A DNA stretch of 64,000 nucleotides from Eledone cirrhosa (lineage: Eukaryota): assembly GCA_964016885.1 (NCBI GenBank), contig OZ024741.1:170872001-170936000 (forward strand), written 5' to 3'. The translations under genes were made by a program, and so were the position numbers. The notes under the pieces were generated by a model. That model ran no database searches, was not told where the DNA came from, and saw nothing but the letters and a program-made list of their open reading frames with translations. Shown one piece after another: positions 33,267-45,654 of this stretch (positions within the stretch are counted from its first letter, which is position 1; each line of letters begins with the position of its first letter).

Positions 33267-33546
33267 ATATGTGTCTGTGTGTATCGGACACACGTACACA
33301 TAAAGAAACTGCTGACCTAAATGTACTTGTCATGCCTGTCTGAATTCCTATGAGAATTTCCGGTCAGTTACTATCTTGACCGATTACCCTCACAATTACT
33401 ACGTATAAATATGTGTCTGTGTGTATCGGACAGACGTACACATAAAGAAACTGCTGACCTAAATGTACCTGTCATGCCTGTCTGAATTCCTAAGAGAATT
33501 CTCGGTCAGTTACTATCTTGACCGATTGCCCTCACAATTACTACGT
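33267..33546. repeat. Tandem duplication of ~142 bp
   Basis: ATATGTGTCTGTGTGTATCGGACA...CACAATTACTACGTA occurs twice. Confidence 0.9.
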
Positions 33547-34658
33547 AGCGGTTCTTGCACGTGACTGCTGGACCCGGATGAAACGAAAACGAAGAATTTC
33601 ATTGCGTACCGTTTTGCACCACAGATGCGATCTCACTCTGCCTCGTTAATGTTCAATCGACACCAAAGTTCTACGTTCGGGGCAATAGAATTGAATCCAA
33701 CCACCGTCAACATAGTTGGATGACCGATAATCACACCAAACCGGAGTACTGTGATCCTTGTGATTTCGAGATATACAACCACTGACACTGTTACGAAGAC
33801 CAGAAAACCATACTCCATAATATTGAACCAAGTGATTGATTTGCGCGACCAAAATAACACCACACACATATTGAACTTGGAATATTGGATCCTCCGTCAA
33901 TGTCTGGGTGAGCAAAAATAGATTTCTATCTGCATTGGAATTTAAGAACTTGTGCATCTGCTGTGGTGTCAAAAACAAACGCACATGACCGCACGGATGA
34001 ACAATGGGCTATACCACGTGACTTGAACCTGCAGGTGAATTGAAGGATGTGTAACTCTGATATACAGATTGTTTATTATTAGGATGTATAAACTTGACAT
34101 AACTATTATCATCTTATATTCTCTCAAATAATCACATTTGATTACATTTCTCTATCCCGTTTTCTCCCCCTATATTTATAATATTTTTGTTTGAAAAGAT
34201 CAGTTTTTTTTACATTGTGTTTTCCCCTCCTAATACTTGCTTATATTTCTTTATATATTCTCTATATATTTTTTATATATATTTTTTATCTTTATTCTTA
34301 TTTTCACTTTTATCCTCCTTTATATTTTACCTTATTCTTACCTTTATACCTTATTATAGTGTAATCTTCCCCATGCCTTATTATACATTATTAATTATAG
34401 ATTATTATTATTACTCTTTTTCCATTTCTAATTACCTCCTCAATTATATATATATTGTATGTATTTTTGTGTGTGTAGCCTCTGCACACCCTCTGCACCC
34501 TACTATCGACGCCACCCCATCTATGGTTCAACTAACCACTCGACTCCCGCACCAAAATTAGACTTATCGTCCCCTGATTTTGCTCTTTACTCTCTTTACT
34601 CTCTGTTCTTGAATGTTTGGTTGGTAGAGTCCATAACACCAATCAAACCCCTTTTATA

Positions 34659-34703
34659 GCTCTGACGAATCCTATGGTTACGTAAGGAAGAAACATTGTA
34701 AGC
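34659..34703 (+). ncRNA. Minimal type I hammerhead ribozyme
   Basis: GCU-CUGACGA-AUCCUAUG GUUA CGUAAGGAA-GAAAC-AUU-GUA-AGC followed by AATAAA. Confidence 0.8.
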
Positions 34704-34754
34704 CAATAAAAATCTTTTGATGTTGTTGACGCTCTTGTGTTCTTTATCATATAT

Positions 34755-35512
34755 GAATATATATATATAAATGAAAAGTATAGAAATTGTTGTAGCGAGA
34801 AGCTAACAGTATTCCATAACATATATGTAACTATAGCGTGAAAATGGGAAAATAGTTAACATAAGATATGGGAAAAATAATTCAAACTCAATTCAAAAGG
34901 AATCAGGATATAGATTTATCCAACAGATTTTAGAGAAATCCAAGGAAAAATCAATAGGGCCTTAACTCATGATAAAACAAAGTCTAAAGTACTCAACCTT
35001 CAATTTGGGACAACTTCAAATGCTCTGTATAGTCTTGAAAAGAGTATTTCACGAAACTTTGAGTGGAGATGGTCACGGTTGGACTCCGTTTGTCAGCAGA
35101 GCTTAACATGGTAACCAAGGTCTCACTGGTAATATGCCAAAAAGGGAATTTAAAAGCAGGCTAGTTTAACATCATGCGTGGTTATTAAAATAAACGCACA
35201 TGCGGAAAAACAGGGCTGGTGACGTCAGAATGAGACAAATGTTTGTTTACATGAAACAACAGTCAAAAACATTCCGAAAGAAAACTCTACAAAGGGAGTT
35301 CAGCAAAAAGCAATATCATCGCGGTCTTTTTTTTTTTTTAAATACCGGGATTAGTCACAAATAATTTAAGCACTCTAAGAAATATATCCCAGTATATATA
35401 TATAAATGAAAAGTATAGAAATTGTTGTAGCGAGAAGCTAACAGTATTCCATAACATATATGTGACTATAGCGTCAAAATGGGAAAATAGTTAACATAAG
35501 ATATGGGAAAAA
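34755..35512. repeat. Direct repeats of ~120 bp (34755-34878 / 35395-35512) enclosing a non-coding segment
   Basis: TAAATGAAAAGTATAGAAATTGTTGTAGCGAG...GATATGGGAAAA occurs twice. Confidence 0.85.
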
Positions 35513-35714
35513 AATATATATATGAATATATATATATATATATATATATAATAAATGAAATATGAAATATAATAAATATGAAATATAATAAAATAAATGA
35601 TTCCAGTTCCTCGGAGGAATAACAACACACCCAGGAGCTGGACATAACGATGTATTGACGGAGTGGAACACATTTCAACAACATATTTACCTGTCCTTTC
35701 CACATTAATTCGTA

Positions 35715-35767
35715 CTGCCTGAAGAGGTCACAGCCAATAATAGCTGTCACCGAAATATATATAGCAG
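35715..35767 (+). ncRNA. Minimal type I hammerhead ribozyme
   Basis: CUGC-CUGAAGA-GGUCACAGC CAAUAAUA GCUGUCACC-GAAAU-AUAU-AUA-GCAG followed by AATAAA. Confidence 0.85.
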
Positions 35768-35912
35768 AGAATTTATAATAAACGATGCCAATTTTACATT
35801 TTTGACTTACTTATTTTACATTACTCCGGAGTAAACAAACCAGCCTGCGTACTTGGTAGAGTGCTCCAATCTGCATACTGAGGTGTCGGTAAACAACAAG
35901 CATATACTCAAA

Positions 35913-36007
<95 letters not shown>

Positions 36008-37014
36008 CAGACAGAGAGAGAGAATGTGTGTGGGTGGAGGTGGGTGTCCTTGGAAGCCGATACAGTGCTGATAGATATTAGATATATGAAAGCGGTACTG
36101 AGGGTAAAGGATGACAAGAGAAGGTAATATATTATATATTACACGACCTTACACACTGAGAACACATACACACGCATATATATATATTACCAGAAGCCTG
36201 ACATTATTTATGTAAGCGGACGGTACTTGATTTAGGGGCCGCAGAAACCCATATACTGGATTTTACCAACCTTCCAGGGGTCCGGGTAAATTTTCAATGC
36301 CCGAATTAGTTGATCGTTTTTTGGGCTATGCGAATGATTGTTTAACCATCATCTCAGTGTTTGGCCTTTAACGTTTGTTATAGCTCTTGTTCATCTGAAT
36401 AATTGAGCACTTACCGCACATCTCGGAGGTTGTTTTTCGTTATATCGTGGGCCGAAATGCGAATCCCGATAATTTATGTTTGTTTTTATATATATATAGA
36501 ATCGAATAAGGAAAAGCGAAGTACTTTCAGATGTTCAAGTCTTTTAATAATAATGCTGTGATATATATTTCAATGGCGACAGTGGCCACATTGTTCCGTG
36601 CGCCAGTGCCGCGACATCGTCAGACAGCTTGTTACATAATAAGGTTATGTTTCCGAGGCAATCCAAATTGGATCGACATGGGAACGGACGAAATGTGTGC
36701 TCTTGGGTTCTTCATCCGTTCACTTGTGAGAACCAATTCACCCCACCGGTCTGCGCAGGCGCAGGTCCGAAGGAAGTTGACAATTAGCTACCGCCTAACT
36801 ACTACCTTTCATACTGTAATTTACCCTCCGTTCTACTGTACGGCACTATCGTTCAGTACGTAGATAATATAACTATAACATTAATACCCCTTTCAAAACT
36901 TATTACTACGTAGTAGATAGTAAAGGTGCATATATTATTTACTCACTTCAATCTATATTTTTCTACTTACCTCAATCTAGATTCTCACTTAAACATTTAA
37001 AATTTTTTAATTAT

Positions 37015-37190
37015 TAATTTTTAATTTTTGATATTTTTTTATCTGATTTTCGATTTTTAATTTTTAATTTTTAATTTTTAATTTTTAATTTTTAACTTTT
37101 TAATTTTTAATTTTTAATTTTTTAATTTTTAATTTTTAATTTTTAATTTTTAATTTTTAATTTTTAATTTTTAATTTTTAATTTTTAGTT
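37015..37190. repeat. (TAATTTT)n-like tandem repeat
   Basis: Read directly from sequence. Confidence 0.9.
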
Positions 37191-37399
37191 CTAATTTCCA
37201 ACTGTCATTCATAACTTCCACCGTGAAACCATGATACCTAGAATTAAGTATATTTTCTCTTAGAGGTTGATGGTCAATTATACTGTCCATGCTTAATGAG
37301 GGGTAGTATTGAAACCTATTAATACTCACACTCTGCCATCCCCACTGGCTTTCGGTTGACTGCCACCGACGGGGTGGCTAGCAGTAAGCTATATATAAT

Positions 37400-37583
37400 T
37401 GTTTCTACTTTAGGAACAAGGCCAGCAATTACCCAGTGCATTACTGGTACTTGATTTTATCGACCCTATAAGGATGAAAGGCAAAGTCAACCTCGGCGGG
37501 ATTTGAACTCAGATCGTAAAGGGACGTAACTATGCTGGAAAGCATGGCGTCCGACCCTCTACCGATACTGCCAATCCACCGCT
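37400..37583 (-). mobile_element. tRNA-derived SINE with 17-bp TSD
   Basis: AGTAAGCTATATATAAT at 37383-37399 and 37588-37604. Confidence 0.9.
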
Positions 37584-37925
37584 CTATAGTAAGCTATATA
37601 TAATAGGCCTGAATGGGTCATTGTTTGGTTAAGAGGCGGAATGACTAGGCGAATTTCGTTGCAATCTGCGGTAGCTAATGGTCAACTTCCGTCGGATCTG
37701 CGCCTGCGCAGACCAGTGGGGTGAATTGGTACTCACAAGGGAACGGATGAAGAACCCAAGAGCACACACTTCGTCCGTTCCCATGTTGATTCAATTTGCA
37801 TTGCCTCGGAAACATAACCTTATTATGTAACAAGCTGTAGGACGATGTCGCGGCACTGGCGCACGGAACAGTGTGGCCACTGTCGCCATTGAAATATATA
37901 TCAAAGCATTATTATTAAAAGACTT

Positions 37926-38109
37926 GGCGGTGGATTGGCAGTATCGGTAGAGGGTCGGACGCCATGCTTTCCAGCATAGTTACGTCCCTTTACGATCTGA
38001 GTTCAAATCCCGCCGAGGTTGACTTTGCCTTTCATCCTTACGGGGTCGATAAAATAAAGTACCAGTAATGCACTGGGTAATTGCTGGCCTTGTGCCTAAA
38101 GTAGAGACA
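37926..38109 (+). mobile_element. tRNA-derived SINE, full length, 18-bp TSD
   Basis: ATTATTATTAAAAGACTT at 37908-37925 and 38110-38127. Confidence 0.9.
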
Positions 38110-38237
38110 ATTATTATTAAAAGACTTGAACATCTGAAACTACTTCGCTTTTCCTTATTCGATGTTTACTCCGTCACTCCTATGTGGAATAAGTACGTTG
38201 AGTGCTTGAATTGAATTGCATCAATATTTACCCTAAG

Positions 38238-38278
<41 letters not shown>

Positions 38279-38429
38279 TGTTATACTTTGGGCGGGTCAT
38301 GTTGCCAATAAGAAACACACGCACCATGCTTTTACTTCAATTTATTATAATAAATTTATAATAAATTTATAAATTTATAAATTTCTGGTTGGTTGGTTGG
38401 TTCCACAACCAGATAGTTGTTTATATATT

Positions 38430-38472
38430 GTCATAGTTCTTTCGTCACACACTCTGTGACCTCTTCAGTGAC
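38430..38472 (-). ncRNA. Minimal type I hammerhead ribozyme (PLE4 inverted pLTR)
   Basis: GUCA-CUGAAGA-GGUCACA GAGUG UGUGAC-GAAAG-AA-CUA-UGAC. Confidence 0.8.
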
Positions 38473-39057
38473 TGGGGATTCCTTTCTTTGTTTTTTGTGC
38501 CTCTCCTTTGTTTTGTCCTACGCCATTTTGTTTCTGTGTGTGTGTTGTGTGCTCAGTCTGCGCATGCGCCACATCCGGGTGTCTGTGTGTGTTTATGTTC
38601 ATTTATTTATTTGTTTATTTACATGTTACTGGTTGGTTGTTTGTTCTATTTGTGTGTGTGTTGTCATTTTGTCCTTAATTGTAAGTTGTGATGTTGCTGT
38701 TCCAAAAATTATTTTCTATTTAATTTTGGTTGTAATTCTTTTATGTTTATTGCCTCTGTGATTTGTCTAAACATTGCGTCTTTTCTGTGTGTAGATTCTA
38801 TTTTTATTTCTATGTTCTCTAATTTACCCTTGTGTTCTAATTTAGCATGTTGGTAGAGTACAGATGATTCTTTACTATCTTGAAGGTCTCGCCAGTGTTT
38901 ATTTATCCGTTCCCCTACACTACGAGCTGTCTCACCTATGTACACTATATTTTTGTCTCTACATTGTCCTTCAGTACATCTTATGTACACACACAGAAAC
39001 AAAATGGCGTAGGACAGAACAAAGGAGAGGCACAAAAAACAAAGAAAGGAATCCCCA

Positions 39058-39100
39058 GTCACTGAAGAGGTCACAGAGTGTGTGACGAAAGAACTATGAC
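39058..39100 (+). ncRNA. Minimal type I hammerhead ribozyme (PLE4 upstream pLTR)
   Basis: Same motif as the 38430 copy. Confidence 0.8.
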
Positions 39101-39207
39101 AATATATAAACAACTATCTGGTTGTGGAACCAACCAACCAACCAGAAATTTATAAATTTATAAATTTATTATAAATTTATTATAATAAATTGAAGTGAAC
39201 GCAACCG

Positions 39208-39311
39208 GTGCGTGTGTATCTTATTGGCAACATGACCCTCCCAAAGTATAACAATATCGGTTTCAACACACGATTTCAGATAAAGAATCTTGCTAAACAA
39301 ATTCAGAAACG

Positions 39312-39355
<44 letters not shown>

Positions 39356-41970
39356 CGTTTCTGAATTTGTTCAACAACGAAAATACCAACATTTATGGAA
39401 ACACGGAAATAGATAATAATGAAATGTCTGTATTACGTCTGCCACCCAAATTTGCGACATTCAAGAGGGTAAATATGATTAGTTGTCTGTCAGAAATAGA
39501 AAAATCATTTACAAAACTACGCTGGAGCATCAAAAACAAAAGCAACAATATACGCACACACATATACAACACACATCCCAACAACAACAGACACACAGAC
39601 ACAAACAACAATAACAACAACAACAACAATAGCAACATACCCAGATACAACAACAACAATAGCAACATACACAGATACAACAACAACAGACACGCAGACA
39701 CAAACAACAATAACAACACACACAGCAACGATAACACACACGGAGACAACAATAAAAACAACACACACATCAACAACAATAGCAACATACCCAGATACAA
39801 CAACAACAGACACGCAGACTCAAACAACAATAACAACACACACAACAACGATAACACACACACACACGGAGACAACAACAAAACAGATCAACAACAACAC
39901 ACATCAACAACAACAACACACACGCATTCAATGCCTCTCACCACCACCACAATCTTAACAAACACACAGACACAGAAAACAAGTAATGATAGTAGCACAG
40001 AAATCAGAGAAATAAGAGAAAGTAATAGGATTAAAAAGAATAGGAGATGGGAGACTAAGGACAAAGAGAATAACCAAGACGAACACACAGACACACAAAA
40101 TAGGGTAGATAACAACATTGAGCCAGTGGAAAGAGACAGGAGTAATTATGAGAGACATAGAAACAACCATGAAGCTGAGGCTGCTGGTGGAAATAGAAAT
40201 AGAAATAACACAACTAACAATAATAATAGCACTAGTACACATAAAGCAGCAGCCTGGAACTCTCCGTTTTATAACCCCTCCGATAAATCATTCGACCTAC
40301 GACGAGTCCACGCCACGACTTTGCCATTTAACAAACGCACGCAGTTGCCGTCGCAGGTCGATGAACAAACAGAAGCACAATTTAGTATAGCTAAATCCGA
40401 ACTTAGAAATATTATAGAACAGTATAGCAAGAAGCATAATAGAATAGAGGCCCAGCAACTGGGAGAAGAATCTGCAAATGGCTTGCGTAAGCTCATGCAG
40501 CGCTCGCGTAATGGAGAGATAGCATGTTTTCCAACAGACAAGTCTGGCAGAATGTCGGTTGACAGCCTGCCAAACTACATCCAGGCAATGCAACCCCACA
40601 TCACTAACACAAGAGAGGTAACACCACAGGAGCATGAGGATAGAGAAAAAGCCCTCAATGCCCATATGGTGATGTGGACGAATATAATGCAGCCCAACAA
40701 AAGGACTGCCAACAACTTCCAGGCCTGGAACAATGACGTGCCGGCGTTTTATGGACTTCGAAAAGACCATAAAACGGGCTGGGACCCTGTCACGGTACCA
40801 CCAACACGACCAGTCTGTGGGGCTAACATTGCTAGTAACTACAGACTGTCCTACTTCCTCTCCCTGATCATACGCCCCATCATTGAGATGTCCCCAGATG
40901 TGTGTGACAGCACGGAGGACCTCCTCAGCAGAATCGGCGCGGGTAACCGATCTGGGGACCTAACAAACTGCATAATAGGCAGTATGGATGTTGTGTCCCT
41001 GTATCCATCTATTGACGTGGATTTTGCTGTGGAGAAATGCGTAGAAATGATCAGCGAGAGCAAGGTTGAGTTCCGTGGGATTGATACCAGTGAGCTGGGA
41101 CTTCTACTTAAGCCTACCCATAGTAATAGTTACCTAGACACTTATGACCTTAGCAACCTGTGCCCTACAAGACCAGCAAGAGGCAGACCACCTACCATTA
41201 CCTCAATGGCCAAGAAAACCCACACAGATAGATGGAACGGGTGGACCAGAGCCATACGGACACCCGAAAACCACGATGAACTGAAGAAAATGATTGCACA
41301 TGCGGTAGGGGCCAGCATAAAATTAACCCTTAAGGAACATATGTTCAAATTTAATGGTAAAACATATGCCCAAGAGGAAGGAGCAGCCATTGGTGTTAGC
41401 ATTGCAGGCGACATAGCTAACTTATTCATGGTATGGTGGGACAGTAGACTTAAACAAAAACTTAATGAACAATTAGAAGACAGCTTAACCCTGATAATGT
41501 ACTCCCGCTACGTAGATGATATAAACATCGTAGTTAAGACACCCCCACTAAAGAACAGTCAGGAACTAGAGAAAAACACAATGGAAAGCATCCAGCAAAT
41601 AGCAAACTCCATCCACCAGAGCATTAGAGTTACTATAGACTACCCAAGTAGACACCCCAACCATCGATTACCTGTACTAGACACAGAGCTCTGGTTAGAT
41701 ACCATTAACAACCAAAAACAAATCCTCCATTCCCATTATGCCAAACCCATGACTTCCAAATATCTGATCCACCGAAACTCGGCCATTTCGGACCATACCA
41801 AAATCAACATACTGATTGCGGATTTGGTACGGGTGATGAGAAATGTGTCCCGCATGTGCAACCCCGAAGAACTAGAGAGACACATACAACACTTCATCCA
41901 CCGTATGCAGTTCTCTGGCTACAATCAGAGAGATAGAATCAGAGTGTATAAAGGAGCCAGAACCAAATAG
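39208..41970 (+). CDS. PLE reverse transcriptase with Asn-rich insertion (true start uncertain; ORF reads through a TA tract)
   Basis: PTDKSG, FYGLRKDHK, TRPVC, SMDVVSLYPSI, GAAIG..IANLFM, YSRYVDDI, LPVLD. Confidence 0.85.
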
Positions 41971-41976
41971 GAAAAA

Positions 41977-42639
41977 ATGGTAAATAATGACATAAATGGG
42001 ACCTGCCCCTTGTATAGGAGCAAATTTTGGAATAGAATAGAAAGAACTAGCAACAAGGCCAATAGAATAAACTCATGGTATGATAGCAATAAATACCAGA
42101 GTGTAATGTTCATCAATACAACCCCTAGAGGCGAACTAGCCTACAAATTTAGAAGGGCCCTAAATAAACATAATCTCAATATTAAGATAGTAGAAAGACC
42201 TGGTACCTCCGTAAAAACACTTATTAGCAAGACATACCCGTTCCAAAGACCCTCATGTATAGATAAGAAATGTATAACCTGTAAAATAAGCCCCCATATT
42301 AACTGTAAAACTAGAAATGTAGTGTATAGCATAAGATGTACTGAAGGACAATGTAGAAACAAAAATATAGTGTACATAGGTGAGACAGCTCGTAGTATAG
42401 GGGAACGAATAAATGAACACTGGCGAGACCTCCATGATAATAAAGAATCATCTGTGCTCTACCAACATGCTAAGATAGAACACAGGGGTAGATTAGAGAG
42501 CATAGAAATAAAAATAGAATCCACGCACAGAAAAGACGCAATGTTTAGGCAAATTACAGAGGCAGTAAGCATAAAAGAATTAAAACCAAAATTAAATAGA
42601 AAATACGAGTGGAACAGCAACATCACAACTTACAATTAA
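41977..42639 (+). CDS. PLE GIY-YIG endonuclease, in frame with the RT after a single TAG
   Basis: C...C..C linker, NVVYSIRC...VYIGETARS..ER..EH, RQITEA. Confidence 0.85.
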   Translation: MVNNDINGTCPLYRSKFWNRIERTSNKANRINSWYDSNKYQSVMFINTTPRGELAYKFRRALNKHNLNIKIVERPGTSVKTLISKTYPFQRPSCIDKKCITCKISPHINCKTRNVVYSIRCTEGQCRNKNIVYIGETARSIGERINEHWRDLHDNKESSVLYQHAKIEHRGRLESIEIKIESTHRKDAMFRQITEAVSIKELKPKLNRKYEWNSNITTYN

Positions 42640-42921
42640 GGACAAAATGAAAACACACAGAACAAACAACTTACAATTGAAAACACACACAAAATGAAAA
42701 CACACACAGGAGAAAATGAAAACACACACACACATAGAACAAACAACCAACCAACAATAAATAAATAAATAAATAAACAAATAGAAAAATGAACACAAAC
42801 ACACACAGACACCCGGATGTGGCACATGCGCAAACTGAGCACACAACACACACACAGAAACAAAATGGCGTAGGATAGAAGAAAGAAAAGGCACAGAAAC
42901 GAAGAGAAGAAAGGAATCCCC

Positions 42922-42966
42922 AGTCACTGAAGAGGTCACAGAGTGTGTGACGAAAGGATTATGACT
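42922..42966 (+). ncRNA. Minimal type I hammerhead ribozyme (PLE4 3' pLTR)
   Basis: AGUCA-CUGAAGA-GGUCACA..UGUGAC-GAAAG-GA-UUA-UGACU. Confidence 0.8.
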
Positions 42967-43128
42967 ATATATATATAAACAACTATCTGGTTGTGGAACC
43001 AACCAACCAACCAGAAATTTATAGGTTTGTAGATTTGTAAATTTATAAATTTATAAATATATAATAAATTGAAGTGAAAGCAGCTGGTGCGTGTGTTTCT
43101 TATTGGCAACATGACCCTCCCAAAGTAT

Positions 43129-43219
<91 letters not shown>

Positions 43220-43614
43220 ATAAAATGAGTATTAACACGAGTTGGAATCTATATATATATATGTAAATAGGGAGAAAAAACAATTCTTAGGAAGAAAAAA
43301 ATATTTGTTTCCTTAATTTTTTTCTATTGTTTTCTAGGTTAGAAAATATTTAAAACAAAATATTTTACTTTGTGTGAAGTATTAAGGTGTTAATATGCTT
43401 TATGTGCGAGTTCCATTAATAGTTATTATACGTTTGGGAAGTCGTTAAAAGAATTTAACGACTATGAATTTAAAAAATAAAGGAAACGATATTCTCAAGG
43501 GCAGTTAATAAGGTCGTATTTATAATTGTTGATAAATTAAGGGTAGTTTTATTATTGTAAATGAATTTTATTATCTATTGAATGTTATCTTTCATTAAAT
43601 AGTGTTATAAATTA

Positions 43615-43744
43615 ATTGTCTCTACGTTAGGCACAAGGCCAGCAATTTCATCAGTGCATTACTGGTACTTTATTTTATCGATCCCGTAAGGATGAAAGGC
43701 AAAGTCAACCTCGGCGGGATTTGAACTCAGATCGTAAAGGGACA
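43615..43744 (-). mobile_element. tRNA-derived SINE, 5'-truncated
   Basis: Core and tail match the other copies. Confidence 0.85.
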
Positions 43745-43878
43745 TTATAAATTAATATTTATGAATTATAAAATATTATTAATGATTATTAATTAATTAC
43801 ATATAAAAGTTATTTGTTATTCTTATCTATTCAGATTGTGTAGAGAGAGTTACATTTTTTTTAAATAACAAGATAGGG

Positions 43879-43941
<63 letters not shown>

Positions 43942-43947
43942 ATAAAT

Positions 43948-44063
43948 ACCCAGTACATTACTGGTACTTTATTTTTATCGACCCCGTAAGGATGAAAGGC
44001 AAAGTTTACCTCGGCGGGATTTGAACACAGACCGTAAAGGGACGTAACTATGCTGAAAAGCAT
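43948..44063 (-). mobile_element. tRNA-derived SINE fragment
   Basis: Core and B-box match the other copies. Confidence 0.85.
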
Positions 44064-44098
44064 ATATATATAATATAATATATATATATAATATATAT

Positions 44099-44349
44099 AG
44101 AATAAGGAAAAGCGAAGTAGTTTCAGATGTTCAAGTCCTTTAATAATAATGCTGTGATATATATTTCAATGACGACACCTGCCTCACTGTTCTGTGTGCG
44201 AGTGTCGTGACATCATCAGACAGCTTGTTACATAATAAGGCTATGTTTCCGAGGCAATCCAAATTGAATCGACATGGGAAGGGATGAAGTGTGTGCTTTT
44301 GGGTTCTTCATCCGATCCCCTGTGAGTACCAATTCACCCCCACCGGTCT
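44099..44349 (+). repeat. Solo copy of the foldback arm
   Basis: Homologous to 36504-36752. Confidence 0.85.
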
Positions 44350-44402
44350 AATATATATATTTGTGAGAATATATATATATATATAATATAGATATATGTA
44401 TG

Positions 44403-44496
<94 letters not shown>

Positions 44497-44635
44497 ATTG
44501 GTGTTGGATGCTTAAAGAGTGCGTATGCAATAGGCCGTATGAGCACTCGATCATGCCTCGAGCTGGTCGCCAGAGAATCGATTGTAATATGTCCAATAAA
44601 TTCGATTCGTCGCCACACTGATTCTCTTTTTTTCT

Positions 44636-44687
<52 letters not shown>

Positions 44688-44852
44688 AGAACCAAATAAA
44701 TATATATATATCACAGGAACCAAATAAATATATATATTTAAAAAAACAAAAAACAAGACTCCAGTTGCATTTTCGATTTCATCTCTTTTTCTTTATACAT
44801 TCACTCGTGTAGGACACCTCGGTTATTTTTCATTTTGTAAAAAAAACCTCAC

Positions 44853-44936
<84 letters not shown>

Positions 44937-44989
44937 ATATATATATATAAATATATATTTATAAATATATATATATAAATATATATATT

Positions 44990-45452
44990 CAGGTTTGAGG
45001 TTCACCACTGGATAGAGCTGGTCAATTCCGTATGATCAATCTTAATGTAATCATATGGAGAGTACTCAACGTAAAGCAGTTGGACCGTCTTTGTTTTTGT
45101 AGTTAAATATTATAATGAAATGACAGGAGGCTGGACTTGTGTAAATCCTTGAAAGATTTATTATACTATGATCATTTAAATGACCGGGTTCTGTATGAAT
45201 ACGGTGATATCATCAGTTATACGAAATATAATAAATGAGGGAGACCGGCAAAGGTGGAAGACGCTGGATGGCGGTCGTCCTCCGGTCTTTGATTTTCAGC
45301 CTCATGGATTTTATCTATTACATTCATTTATTATATTTCGAATACCTGATGATATCACCGGATTCAGACGGAACCCGGTCATTGAAATGATCATAGTATA
45401 ATAAACCTTTCAAGGATTTACACAAGTCCAGCCTCCTATCATTTCACTATAA
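44990..45452. mobile_element. Palindromic HHR cassette (family E)
   Basis: Arms of about 125 bp (45111-45238 / 45324-45452) between (TA)n tracts. Confidence 0.8.
45342..45399 (+). ncRNA. Type I hammerhead ribozyme
   Basis: AUAC-CUGAUGA-stem II-GAAAU-GAUC-AUA-GUAU; the mirror copy has GAAA changed to UAAA. Confidence 0.8.
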
Positions 45453-45604
45453 ATATATATATATATATATATTTATAATGAAATTATAAATATATATATA
45501 TATATATTTATAATTTACACAAATATGACCCTCCCCAAGTATAACAATATTTGTTTCGACACACGATTTCATATAAAAAACCTCGCAAAACTAATTCATC
45601 GCCG

Positions 45605-45651
<47 letters not shown>

Positions 45652-45654
<3 letters not shown>

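Larger units (their letters stand above)
31225..34752 (+). mobile_element. PLE3: 5'-truncated Naiad-like PLE with long 3' region
   Basis: ISRLSCNE..YY.AL..SGY, EN ORF, terminal HHR and AATAAA; the extent of the 3' region is inferred. Confidence 0.75.
36501..38163. mobile_element. Foldback/MITE-like element with ~290 bp inverted arms
   Basis: 36501-36793 vs 37668-38163 (right arm split by a SINE); centre contains (TAATTTT)n; solo arm at 44099-44349; no clear TSD. Confidence 0.7.
38277..43135 (+). mobile_element. PLE4: Neptune-like PLE with inverted and direct pLTR copies upstream
   Basis: Inverted pLTR plus EN tail at 38277-38985, direct partial pLTR at 38985-39255, ORF, 3' pLTR at 42640-43135; (TA)n flanks; clade assignment is tentative. 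Confidence 0.9.

Noticed and set aside
33267-33546. CRISPR-like or other prokaryotic arrays
   Set aside because: Only two long units with no spacers, in a eukaryotic TE context.
37015-37190. Telomere-like repeat
   Set aside because: The unit is TAATTTT-like, not TTAGGG, and is internal to a foldback element.
37926-38015. tRNA genes
   Set aside because: The A/B-box-like sequences are SINE heads followed by the SINE core, tail and TSDs; there is no complete cloverleaf.
39393-41429. Minus-strand ORFs overlapping the PLE4 RT
   Set aside because: Antisense shadows of low-complexity coding sequence.
41968-41976. Programmed readthrough between PLE RT and EN
   Set aside because: PLEs normally encode a single ORF; a point nonsense mutation is the simpler explanation without family data.
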